From Elainellaceae cyanobacterium (lineage in GTDB: Bacteria; Cyanobacteriota; Cyanobacteriia; CAZCXK01): a DNA stretch of 64,000 nt. Made by a program: the position numbers and the translations under genes. Of this stretch, positions 48,162 to 57,329 are shown one piece after another. The notes beneath the pieces are model-generated. The model was not told the DNA's origin. It worked only from the letters and a program-made list of their open reading frames with translations, and did no database searches. The DNA lies in contig JBNPEG010000074.1 in the NCBI GenBank assembly GCA_051117555.1, positions 1 to 64,000 on the forward strand, written 5' to 3'. Every line of letters starts with the position of its first letter. The stretch's first letter is position 1.

Positions 48162-50249
48162 ATGGAGACACATGTTTTACCGGGTCTGAGTTTTCCGGTT
48201 GGTGCCACAGTAACTGAAGATGGGGTAAATTTCTGTGTTGCAGCTAGAGATGCAACTGCGATCGATCTCCTTTTATTCGATACCTATGATGCTACTACAC
48301 CCTCTCGGGTCATTCTGCTTGATGCCCACCATCATCAAACCGCCTGCTATTGGCATGTCTTTGTTCCAGGGCTTCAGGCAGGGCAAGTGTATGCCTATCG
48401 AGCGCATGGCGACTATGATCCGGCGCGGGGATTACGCTGTGATTCGTCTAAGGTGTTGCTCGACCCTTACGCTTGCTCAATCGTCAACTGGCAAAACTAT
48501 GACCGTCAGGCAGCCTCTCGCTACGGAGAAGATAACAGCGCAACGTCACTTCGCAGCGTAGTTGTGGCATCCAGCTTTCATGCCGATGGAAGAAGGGCTG
48601 AACACTATGACTGGGAAAGCGATCGCCCGCTGAAAACTCCCCTTTCAAAGAGTGTGATCTACGAGATGCATGTGGGTGGATTTACCCGCAATCCAAATTC
48701 TGGCGTTGCTCCTGACAAACGCGGCACCTATGCAGGAGTGATTGAGAAAATTCCCTACTTAAAAAGCCTAGGTATTACTGCTGTTGAACTACTGCCAATT
48801 CATGCATTTGACGAAAACGATGTTCGCCCTGGGCTGAAAAACTACTGGGGTTACAGCACCATCAGCTTCTTTGCACCCCATGCCGGATTCAGTTCTCGCC
48901 AAGATCCTCTGGCCGTTGTAGATGAGTTTCGCGACATGGTGAAAGCATTGCATAAAGCCGGGATCGAAGTCATTTTAGATGTAGTATTCAATCATACTGC
49001 TGAAGGAGATGAAACAGGGCCAACCCTTTGCTATCGAGGATTGTGGAACGATGGTTACTATATTCTCGAACCCGATATGACCTATTACAGCAACTACAGT
49101 GGCTGCGGCAACACGATTGAGGCAAATAGTCCTATTGCATCACGGCTGATCATAGACAGCTTGCGCTATTGGGTGTCGGAAATGCACGTGGATGGGTTCC
49201 GCTTTGATTTGGCGTCTGCTCTAGCACGCGACTATCATGGTCACGTCTTAGAGACGCCCCCGCTGCTGTGGGCGATTGAAACCGATCCGATGCTGGCTAA
49301 TGTCAAGCTGATTGCAGAAGCGTGGGATGCAGCAGGACTCTATCAAATAGGAGAATTTATTGGCGATCGCTTTGCCGAATGGAATGGCCCGTTTCGTGAT
49401 GACGTGCGGCAGTTTGTCAAGGGCGATCGCAATACGGTTGGTAGACTAGCCGCCCGAATCTTAGGCAGCCCTGATATTTATCGACATCCTGACCGTGATC
49501 CGTGTCGCAGTATTAATTTTATAACCTGCCACGATGGTTTTACGCTGAACGATCTCGTGTCATACAACTACAAACACAATGAAGTGAACAATGAAGATAA
49601 TCGAGATGGAGCAAACGACAACTACAGTTGGAACTGTGGTGAAGAAGGAGAAACACAGAACTCCAATATTCAATTACTCCGTCTAAAGCAAATCAAAAAC
49701 TTCTTTACGATTTTGTTTGTTTCCCAAGGAACTCCTATGATTTTGATGGGAGACGAAGTTCGACGTACTCAATTCGGCAACAATAACGTCTACTGTCAGG
49801 ACAACGAATCGAGCTGGCTAGATTGGGCAAAGGTCGACCAACATGGAGAAGTACTGCGATTTGTCCAAGGTTTGATTCATGCTTCTCAAAACCTTAGACT
49901 CTTTGAGCGAGAAACCTATTTGAACGTTCTCGCTGACCATGAAAACGTCAATCTTATCTGGCATGGTACTCGCCTCAATCAACCGGATTGGAGCGAAGAT
50001 TCTCATTCTCTAGCGTTTACGCTGTATGAATTAGAAGCTGATGAACGGCTGCACGTAATTCTCAATGCCTATTGGGAACCCTTGACGTTTGAACTACCCA
50101 ATCTACATGATGGGCGATCGTGGCGACGCATGGTTGACACAGCGCTACCCAGTCCAGAGGATTACTGCAACGCGATGGTTGCCCCCGTGATTGATGGACA
50201 TCTATACCGGGCAGAGGCTCGCTCTAGCGTCATACTATTACGTCACTAG
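48162..50249 (+). CDS. glgX: Glycogen debranching enzyme / isoamylase (GH13)
   Basis: IYEMHVGGFT, NYWGYS, DVVFNHTAEG, DGFRFDLAS, IAEAWD, FITCHDGFTL. Confidence 0.95.
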   Translation: METHVLPGLSFPVGATVTEDGVNFCVAARDATAIDLLLFDTYDATTPSRVILLDAHHHQTACYWHVFVPGLQAGQVYAYRAHGDYDPARGLRCDSSKVLLDPYACSIVNWQNYDRQAASRYGEDNSATSLRSVVVASSFHADGRRAEHYDWESDRPLKTPLSKSVIYEMHVGGFTRNPNSGVAPDKRGTYAGVIEKIPYLKSLGITAVELLPIHAFDENDVRPGLKNYWGYSTISFFAPHAGFSSRQDPLAVVDEFRDMVKALHKAGIEVILDVVFNHTAEGDETGPTLCYRGLWNDGYYILEPDMTYYSNYSGCGNTIEANSPIASRLIIDSLRYWVSEMHVDGFRFDLASALARDYHGHVLETPPLLWAIETDPMLANVKLIAEAWDAAGLYQIGEFIGDRFAEWNGPFRDDVRQFVKGDRNTVGRLAARILGSPDIYRHPDRDPCRSINFITCHDGFTLNDLVSYNYKHNEVNNEDNRDGANDNYSWNCGEEGETQNSNIQLLRLKQIKNFFTILFVSQGTPMILMGDEVRRTQFGNNNVYCQDNESSWLDWAKVDQHGEVLRFVQGLIHASQNLRLFERETYLNVLADHENVNLIWHGTRLNQPDWSEDSHSLAFTLYELEADERLHVILNAYWEPLTFELPNLHDGRSWRRMVDTALPSPEDYCNAMVAPVIDGHLYRAEARSSVILLRH

Positions 50250-50417
50250 TTGTATCGACTTGGCGTAGACAGTCAACGTATACTAGTCAATATGTCTACT
50301 TGCCACACGTTCAACGTCCTAACGCGATCGCGCACGGCTATATCAACGCTGCCGGTTAAAGCAGCCAGATCCTGAGTAGACGTTTACTTGAAATCATGAG
50401 GGTAGATTTGGATAGTT

Positions 50418-50714
50418 ATGACATCTCAGTCGTCTCACATTGTAGGCACATATTCCAACCCAAACGATGCCAATTATGCTGTAAGAGCCTTGGTCGTTAT
50501 GGCAGGGTTGAGACACGATCAGGTTTCAATAGGCCCGCCTGACGACGAGACAAACCAGTACCATGTCAAAGTCGTCGGATCGCCGTCAACTATTGACCAA
50601 GCCAAAGCATTTCTAGGTGAACCCCATAACCCCCAAGAAAGCTCGAATGACGGTAACAGTCCGTATGGGTTGAAACATGCTCGCGATCTCATGGCGTTTG
50701 ATGATCTGGGCTGA
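50418..50714 (+). CDS. Small hypothetical protein, general-stress-protein-like
   Basis: IVGTYSNPNDANYAVRAL...AGL...QVSI and YHVKVVGS...IDQAKAFL pattern. Confidence 0.55.
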   Translation: MTSQSSHIVGTYSNPNDANYAVRALVVMAGLRHDQVSIGPPDDETNQYHVKVVGSPSTIDQAKAFLGEPHNPQESSNDGNSPYGLKHARDLMAFDDLG

Positions 50715-50811
50715 TCGTATTGTTGGTATAGGCATTCTCTGTAGAGCGTAATCAGGCGAGGGGCTTAAGCTCCTAGATGCACATTCCATACATGATTTGG
50801 AATTTCTATAG

Positions 50812-51732
50812 TTAGCCAATCACAGAATGATCTCGCAACTTCTTGAGAATGGTCATCACCTGCTCATAGCGTTTTATTTTATCTTGGGTATAAAAGCGGT
50901 AAGCCGCTTGCTGAAAACTGGCGATCGCTCCCTCAGGCTGCCCCATCTGATAACGAAGCATACCTAAGTTAAAGTAGGTTTCAGCATGGGTTGGATCAAT
51001 AGCTAAGACTAGATTAAAGTCACGCAGCGCAGCGGCCTCGTCTCCACTCCGATGAAAGGCACATCCTCGATTGAAGTATGCTCTAGTATCTGAATCTTGG
51101 TAGGCGATCGCCTGCGAGAAATCTGCAATGGCGTCATCATGTTTTTCGAGGAGTAAATAGGCTACACCCCGGTCATCGTAAACTTCGGCCACACGCGCAG
51201 GCGGTAACTGTGGGCTGAGTTGAATTGATTGATTGTAGCTAGCGATCGCCTCTTCGTAATGTTTTAGCCCAAACTGCGCCAAACCTCGGTTATAAAACGC
51301 GCGATAATCCCCTGGCACCATGGCAAGCAATTGATTGTAATCTGCGATCGCGGCAGCATAGTCCTCAATGCGATAGTAGGCTAAGCCTCGATTGAGATAA
51401 GATTCGTGATTCGCAGGGTTGAGTTGAATTCCTTGCGTACAATCGGCGATCGCCTGCTGATAGTGAGCAAGTTCTAGATGGATCAAACACCGATTACTGT
51501 AAGCCGCCGCCAGCTTTGAATTTCGTTGTGTTTTATTGGTTGCGATAACTTGAGTAAATACATTCATTGCCTGTTGATACTCGTGGCGTTGATAAGCACG
51601 AACGCCTTGCTGAAATATCTCTGAGAAGGGCGTTGTCTCTGCCCATGCTGGAGACATTAAGGATATTAAGGATATTAAGGTGAGCGCGATCGTCATCCCT
51701 AGTGTCACGATTAGTCTGCGTAAATAGTTCAT
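50812..51732 (-). CDS. Secreted TPR-repeat protein
   Basis: Signal peptide ending PAWA; repeated AY.NRG...AIAD motifs. Confidence 0.9.
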   Translation of the reverse strand: MNYLRRLIVTLGMTIALTLISLISLMSPAWAETTPFSEIFQQGVRAYQRHEYQQAMNVFTQVIATNKTQRNSKLAAAYSNRCLIHLELAHYQQAIADCTQGIQLNPANHESYLNRGLAYYRIEDYAAAIADYNQLLAMVPGDYRAFYNRGLAQFGLKHYEEAIASYNQSIQLSPQLPPARVAEVYDDRGVAYLLLEKHDDAIADFSQAIAYQDSDTRAYFNRGCAFHRSGDEAAALRDFNLVLAIDPTHAETYFNLGMLRYQMGQPEGAIASFQQAAYRFYTQDKIKRYEQVMTILKKLRDHSVIG

Positions 51733-51745
51733 AGAAGCAGTTAAG

Positions 51746-52075
51746 CTACCACCCCGTCTCTGCTTGGTCTAAGACGTAGGCAGCGACGTTTTCGATTTGA
51801 GAGTCACTGAGACGCCCTCTAAATGCTGGCATCGCCATCTTGCCGTTTGTCACCTGATACTTGATAGCGTCTAACGATGCCATATCATATTTCTCTAGAT
51901 CACTTTTCTTGAGCGTCTTCGCACCATTGATGACATTACCACCACCCATGTGACACGCAGCGCAGTTATTGGCAAACACTTTAGCCCCATCGTTCACATC
52001 TGCGGCGGTTGCAGACGGAATACAGACCAATAGGGCAATGGCGATCGCCACGATGACTGATATTAAATGTTTCAA
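51746..52075 (-). CDS. petJ: Cytochrome c6
   Basis: Signal peptide, [30 protein letters not shown]. Confidence 0.93.
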   Translation of the reverse strand: MKHLISVIVAIAIALLVCIPSATAADVNDGAKVFANNCAACHMGGGNVINGAKTLKKSDLEKYDMASLDAIKYQVTNGKMAMPAFRGRLSDSQIENVAAYVLDQAETGW

Positions 52076-52109
52076 CGCACACTCCTTAGAAAATTAATAG
52101 GCATCCCCT

Positions 52110-52151
52110 ATTATTAAGAAGCGTTTAGAGATCGTCAAAAGACGGCATGTC
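52110..52151 (-). promoter_or_regulatory. petJ promoter with possible PetR site
   Basis: Minus strand TTGACG...TAATAAT; GAC-N5-GTC at 52141-52151 next to the -35. Confidence 0.4.
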
Positions 52152-52250
52152 AAACATGACGAGGTCTGAAATTCCTCAACCTAGTCGGCAGCCACTAATT
52201 TCCCAACTCCGGAGATAATTAGAGTAAAGCAGACACCGATCGGTACTCAA

Positions 52251-53567
52251 ATGGCTTATTACATCTCCCCGTGCTTCCTCGATAAACTCGCTGTTCATAT
52301 CACCAAAAATTTTCTAGAGCTGCCGGGGGTACGGGTTCCCTTAATTCTGGGTATCCATGGGCGTAAAGGTGAAGGAAAGACCTTTCAGTGCGAACTGGTG
52401 TTTGAGCGCATGGGCATTGAAACCGTTCACATCTCTGGAGGAGAGCTGGAAAGCCCCGATGCAGGCGATCCGGCACGACTGCTGCGCTTGCGATATCGAG
52501 AAGCCGCTGAGCTTGTTCGCGTGCGGGGGCGCATGGTGGCGTTGATGATCAACGACCTCGATGTGGGGGCAGGTCGATTTGATGAGGGCACTCAATACAC
52601 GGTTAATACTCAACTGGTGAACGGCACCTTGATGAATATTGCCGACAACCCCACTAATGTTCAGTTGCCGGGGAGCTATGACGATAACCCGATTCGTCGA
52701 GTCCCGATTATCGTCACCGGAAATGATTTTACGACGCTTTACGCGCCGCTTGTTCGTGATGGACGCATGGAGAAGTTCTACTGGGAACCCGATCGGAGCG
52801 ATCGCATCGGCATTGTAGGCGGCATTTTCGAACCTGACGGGCTCCCACGCCACGAGATTGAGAATTTAGTCGATTCGTTTCCGAATCAATCTGTCGACTT
52901 TTTTAGCGCGCTTCGGGCCCAAGTCTACGATGAACAGGTGCGAAATTTTATCCATCAAATTGGGGTCGAGCGCATTTCAATGCGAGTTGTCAACAGCGAA
53001 GATGGACCTCCCAATTTTCCCAAGCCAGATTTCAGCATCGACCATTTACACAAACTAGCCACCGGAATGGTGGCTGAGCAGCGACGTATTCAAGACATGC
53101 GACTGGGGCGAGAATATAATCAAGCCTTAAACTGGCGCGTGAATCAGCACCAAAATGGTGAAGACATACCCAAACCAGAATCGATTGCCCAACCCTCAAC
53201 GTATTTCAGCCATCCTAGTTCCAAGCCATCTGGCGGTAATGGATCACGAGGCGACCAGTCGTCATCTCAGCCGACGCATGCGAGTGCATCGTCTGGCAGC
53301 CAAACCCTCAGCCCAGATACTATTCAGCAGATTCACAATCTCCTTGCTCAAGGCTATCGGGTTGGAATGGAACATGTGGACGAACGACGATTTCGCATGA
53401 ATTCTTGGAAGAGTTGCGCTTCGGTGAGCAGTACCCATGAGTCGGATGTTGTAAGCCAACTAGAAGACTGCTTAAATCAGCATCAGGGCGAATATGTTCG
53501 TCTCATTGGCATTGACCCCCGCATGAAAAAGCGAGTCTTGGAAACCATTATTCAGCGACCCGCTTAG
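52251..53567 (+). CDS. rca: Cyanobacterial Rubisco activase with C-terminal RbcS-like domain
   Basis: GIHGRKGEGKT, GELESPDAGDP, MINDLD, TGNDFTTLYAPLVRDGRMEKFYW; S/P-rich linker; GYRVGMEHVDERRF...EYVRLIGID. Confidence 0.93.
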   Translation: MAYYISPCFLDKLAVHITKNFLELPGVRVPLILGIHGRKGEGKTFQCELVFERMGIETVHISGGELESPDAGDPARLLRLRYREAAELVRVRGRMVALMINDLDVGAGRFDEGTQYTVNTQLVNGTLMNIADNPTNVQLPGSYDDNPIRRVPIIVTGNDFTTLYAPLVRDGRMEKFYWEPDRSDRIGIVGGIFEPDGLPRHEIENLVDSFPNQSVDFFSALRAQVYDEQVRNFIHQIGVERISMRVVNSEDGPPNFPKPDFSIDHLHKLATGMVAEQRRIQDMRLGREYNQALNWRVNQHQNGEDIPKPESIAQPSTYFSHPSSKPSGGNGSRGDQSSSQPTHASASSGSQTLSPDTIQQIHNLLAQGYRVGMEHVDERRFRMNSWKSCASVSSTHESDVVSQLEDCLNQHQGEYVRLIGIDPRMKKRVLETIIQRPA

Positions 53568-53742
53568 CCTGCATTATTTTGTTGAGTAGAAACGGTTAAG
53601 ACAGTCAAGATTATTTGTGACAGCGAGGGCAATGTGAACTAATGCCTTCGAACTCACACAGTCTGCGATCCCTGCGTTAATATCGCAACCGTGAGGTCAT
53701 TTAACCTCCTGAAAATCGAACTCAATCCTCCTTGAGGGATCA

Positions 53743-53961
53743 ATGCAAATGCTCTGTGATACTTGTCAACGAAAACAAGCATGTCTACCGCTCCAGTTTG
53801 CACAGACCGATCAAGACGTGCATGCGATGCTTTCGGGGCTCACCCAATGCGAGTTGCGAGTCGAATCTCCCCAGGCTAAATCATCTGTCTTGAATCGCTT
53901 CATGAATCGCTTAATGGTGGCCTATCGTCAGGCGATCGCCCGATTCAACACCGTGACCTAA
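53743..53961 (+). CDS. Small Cys-containing hypothetical protein
   Basis: GAGGGA before ATG; CDTC-x5-C plus a fourth Cys; basic amphipathic tail. Confidence 0.5.
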   Translation: MQMLCDTCQRKQACLPLQFAQTDQDVHAMLSGLTQCELRVESPQAKSSVLNRFMNRLMVAYRQAIARFNTVT

Positions 53962-55457
53962 AAATCAAAATAGATATACGGCAGGCTTTCAGCCGGAGCT
54001 AGGAGCCAAGCTAGGTAGATCAAGATGGGGACGAGAAGAATCTTAACGGGCCAGTTAAGCTGCACTTTGAGTCCCCGTCTAAATGCATAGATTCCAGCCA
54101 TTAGGGCCACAATTCCCCCCAGTGCCAGGGTAATTTGCGGACGATTCATCCCAAGCTCTTCTATATAGACTTTCTGAGCAAACTGGACATCGGCACCATA
54201 TCCCCAAAGCCGCTGGAGGACTAGTCCAAAATCTTGAGGATTAGGTAATCGAAAGAAAAGCCACGCAAAGAATACCGAGAACTGCGTGATGGCCCATGCG
54301 CTGACAGTACCGGGCATGCTTTTCCACCAGTGTTCGAGCCAGGGTTGCCGCCTTGAGACCTCGCTCGTGATGCGGTGGGTTGCCAACGCGATCCCGTGAA
54401 GGGCTCCCCAGATTACAAACCCCCATCCAGGATTGTGCCAAATTCCTGCAATCAGCATGACAATAACAAGGTTAATGCAGGTGCGGACTAATCCTTTGCG
54501 TGATCCCCCTAATGGAAAATACAGATAATTTCGGAGCCAATCGCCTAGCGTCATGTGCCAGCGTCGCCAAAAGTCAGCAATGCTGGTGGAAAAGTAGGGG
54601 AAGTTAAAATTCTGCGGCAAACTGAGTCCGAGCAGCAGAGCAGTTCCCAAGGCGACATCCACATACCCGCTAAAGTCTAGATAAAGCTGGAGCCCATAGG
54701 CAAAGGTCGCCAGCCACAAGTCGCCACTACCCGCTCGATCTAGATTACTAAAACTCAGGTTCACCAAAATGGCAATGTGGTCAGCCAATAGCAGTTTTTT
54801 GACTGCACCCCAGGCAATCAGCCATAGCCCATCTGAGACTTGAATCACAGAGGGAACTCGCAATGCTTGGAACTGCGCGTCAATGGGGTGAAATCGGGTG
54901 ATTGGCCCCGACAGCAGCTTGGCGAAAAACAGCTTATATGCCGAAAATTCAAGCATATTAGAGGTGGCAGGGGCGCCTCGGTAGACATCGACCAGGTAAG
55001 CAATACACTCGAAGACAAAATAGCTTAGCCCCAAGGGGGCAATGATTCGTGTGTCTAGCCAGCCTAGCGAAGCCGTTGACGTTGCTGCGCCGATCGCGCT
55101 CCCTTCTGATGGAGACAGAAACGGCAAAATATACTTAAACCCTAATAGCAGCAGGACATTCAAGCTAATCCCTAGCCACAAAAGTCTGAGCCGACGGCGA
55201 TTCCAGTCTGGTTGGGCAAACTGCCATTCTTCATTTGAAACATTCCAATTCATGGGAGTGGCGATCGCCCGTCCCATAAAGAAGGTGGCAAGCATCAACA
55301 GCACCAGCAACGGAACATACTGGAGTTGAAGTGAACTATAGAAAATTAAGCTGGCGACTAGAATAATCCACAGCCGGAGCGATCGCGCATCCACCAGCCA
55401 GTAGATGCCTAAGATGCTCAGCAAGAAAACGCCGTACGTAATCGACAGAAGAGTCAT
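53958..55457 (-). CDS. MBOAT family O-acyltransferase (AlgI/DltB-like)
   Basis: PLGLSY, LYLDFSGY, NFNFPY, FWRRWHMTL, LIAGIWH, WGALHG. Confidence 0.92.
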   Translation of the reverse strand: MTLLSITYGVFLLSILGIYWLVDARSLRLWIILVASLIFYSSLQLQYVPLLVLLMLATFFMGRAIATPMNWNVSNEEWQFAQPDWNRRRLRLLWLGISLNVLLLLGFKYILPFLSPSEGSAIGAATSTASLGWLDTRIIAPLGLSYFVFECIAYLVDVYRGAPATSNMLEFSAYKLFFAKLLSGPITRFHPIDAQFQALRVPSVIQVSDGLWLIAWGAVKKLLLADHIAILVNLSFSNLDRAGSGDLWLATFAYGLQLYLDFSGYVDVALGTALLLGLSLPQNFNFPYFSTSIADFWRRWHMTLGDWLRNYLYFPLGGSRKGLVRTCINLVIVMLIAGIWHNPGWGFVIWGALHGIALATHRITSEVSRRQPWLEHWWKSMPGTVSAWAITQFSVFFAWLFFRLPNPQDFGLVLQRLWGYGADVQFAQKVYIEELGMNRPQITLALGGIVALMAGIYAFRRGLKVQLNWPVKILLVPILIYLAWLLAPAESLPYIYFDF

Positions 55458-55589
55458 TATGCGTTGAACGATATGCATTAAAAGATGCAAGTCAATTAAA
55501 GCGCAGAATGATGAAACTGTGGATCATCTCGGTCAAATTGTCATCGGCGTAGCATTATGAAGATAGGGGTTGAAATTGGATAATCTACG

Positions 55590-56492
55590 ATGACGCCTGT
55601 AAATTCATCACACACATCTGTCGAGCGCTCTGTTCACTATTACACCTGGGAATGGCAAGGTCAGCGGGTCAGGGCAACCTATGAAATCTGGGGTGACGGT
55701 AGCCCCGTCTTGCTATTGCCTGCGTTTAGCACCGTCTCGACCCGCGAGGAACTATACGGCATTGCAGAGCACTTGGCTCCCCACGTCAAGACAATCATCC
55801 TCGATTGGATTGGGTTCGGCCAGTCTGACCGTCTACCCCTCAATTATCAAGCCAATCTCTATCGGCAGTTTCTCCACGATTTTGTTCATGATCAGGGTGC
55901 GACTCCTATTCCTGTCATCGCCGCAGGGCATGCCGCAGGCTACGTCATGGCGCTAGCTCAACATCAGCCGCAGATTTGGTCAAAGATAATGCTCCTAGCT
56001 CCCACCTGGCAAGGTCCTCTGACGACCATGGGAGCCCCAAATGCGATCGCCACCGCAGTCCGAAACGCCGTGCGATCGCCTCTGTTGGGTCAACTTTTGT
56101 ATAAACTCAATACCACCCCTGCCTTTTTGCGACTGATGTATCGTCGGCACGTCTACGTCGATGAATCAAACCTGACTCCCGAATTTATTGCCCATAAATA
56201 TCAGCTAACGCAACAGCCCGGTGCTCGCTTTGCTCCCGCAGCCTTTGTGACCGGAGCCCTCGATCCAGCGGATAATCGAGATGATTTTCTCAAAGGATTC
56301 AAAACCTTCCCAGGCGATATCCTTGTGGTCATTGCGGATGCCGCTCCACCCAGCTCAAAAGCAGAAATGGAGGCGATCGCCCAATGCCCTCATGTTGACA
56401 TCAAGCATCTACCCGGCTCTCTAGGGATCTACGAAGAATTTGCTGACGATATTGCCAACTGGGCACGCCCATTTCTGATAGACAGCATGTAA
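55590..56492 (+). CDS. Alpha/beta hydrolase fold protein
   Basis: VLLLPAFSTVS, LDWIGFGQSD, AAGHAAG elbow without Ser. Confidence 0.8.
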   Translation: MTPVNSSHTSVERSVHYYTWEWQGQRVRATYEIWGDGSPVLLLPAFSTVSTREELYGIAEHLAPHVKTIILDWIGFGQSDRLPLNYQANLYRQFLHDFVHDQGATPIPVIAAGHAAGYVMALAQHQPQIWSKIMLLAPTWQGPLTTMGAPNAIATAVRNAVRSPLLGQLLYKLNTTPAFLRLMYRRHVYVDESNLTPEFIAHKYQLTQQPGARFAPAAFVTGALDPADNRDDFLKGFKTFPGDILVVIADAAPPSSKAEMEAIAQCPHVDIKHLPGSLGIYEEFADDIANWARPFLIDSM

Positions 56493-56531
56493 AGTAGTTT
56501 GTCATATTTGTCAGGAGCCCCTGATAAAAAG

Positions 56532-56566
56532 TTGACAAAATCACCAAAAACAGTAACAATGAATAC
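56532..56566 (+). promoter_or_regulatory. gifB promoter with NtcA box overlapping the -10 region
   Basis: TTGACA at 56532; GTA-ACAATGAA-TAC (GTA-N8-TAC) at 56553-56566. Confidence 0.8.
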
Positions 56567-56575
56567 AGAAAGCAA

Positions 56576-56660
56576 ATCGTTCATCTCTCTTTCTGAGGCA
56601 AATTAGCTAGAAAACTCGATGGAGAGACGGAAGTAGGGAGAGATCCCGAAGGAACGCGCC
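56576..56660 (+). ncRNA. Glutamine riboswitch (glnA RNA motif)
   Basis: ATCGTTCATCTC...GAGACGGAAGTAGGGA-GAGA-TCCCGAAGGAACGCGCC in the gifB leader. Confidence 0.9.
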
Positions 56661-56693
56661 TCATTAAATCCACACATTAGGAGGCGAATCCTT

Positions 56694-57203
56694 ATGAAAC
56701 TCACATATCGCGGCATTTCTTACGACTACGAAGCACCTGAAGTTAAGTACGGCGATGTTTATGACGATGTTTTGGCATCGGGTAAGTATCGTGGTTTAGA
56801 TGTTCGGTTCTGGAATCGTAAAAAAGTTCCCGTTTATCAGACAACGCTTGACTTGATTTATCGGGGTGCTGCGTACCAAATTGGCGAAAGCAACGTTGCT
56901 GACGCAGCAGCGGACACCAAAGAAGACACTAAAGAAGCAGCAGCGCCTGCGTCTGTTGGTGTAGCCGTCAGCGAAGTCACGCAAAAAGTCGCAGACACTG
57001 CCTCAACAGTGCAAGATCAAGCTCGCTCATTGATGATGGATCACCATCGTGCCATCAAGCGTCGCCAGCAAGATATGTTAGGACGCTTAGCTCAAGAAGT
57101 CGGGCTTGACAGCGGTGCTGCCGATCGTTGGAATCTGATTCAAGGTAAGATTCATCCCACGTTTCGGACCAATTATGATCGCAGCAAAGCAGCCATGAGC
57201 TAA
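56694..57203 (+). CDS. gifB: Glutamine synthetase inactivating factor IF17
   Basis: N-terminal YRG repeats (DUF4278-like); IF7-like C-terminus QARSLMMDHHRAIKRRQQDML...FRTNYDRSKAAMS; AGGAGG RBS. Confidence 0.9.
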   Translation: MKLTYRGISYDYEAPEVKYGDVYDDVLASGKYRGLDVRFWNRKKVPVYQTTLDLIYRGAAYQIGESNVADAAADTKEDTKEAAAPASVGVAVSEVTQKVADTASTVQDQARSLMMDHHRAIKRRQQDMLGRLAQEVGLDSGAADRWNLIQGKIHPTFRTNYDRSKAAMS

Positions 57204-57275
57204 CTCTTGGCAACGCACGCAGCGCACGTCATCGGTTGTTCTCTCAGGCAGATTGACTGATTGACTTAGTCAGAC

Positions 57276-57303
57276 AAGCACCTCTCAGGAGGTGCTTTTT
57301 TTT
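57276..57303 (+). terminator. Rho-independent terminator of gifB
   Basis: AAGCACCTC-TCAG-GAGGTGCTT followed by a T run. Confidence 0.88.
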
Positions 57304-57329
57304 GGGTCTCCAATCCACAATCCAATGGG

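Noticed and set aside
51655..51680. ATTAAGGAT x3
   Set aside because: In-frame LIS repeat within a signal peptide; no further significance seen
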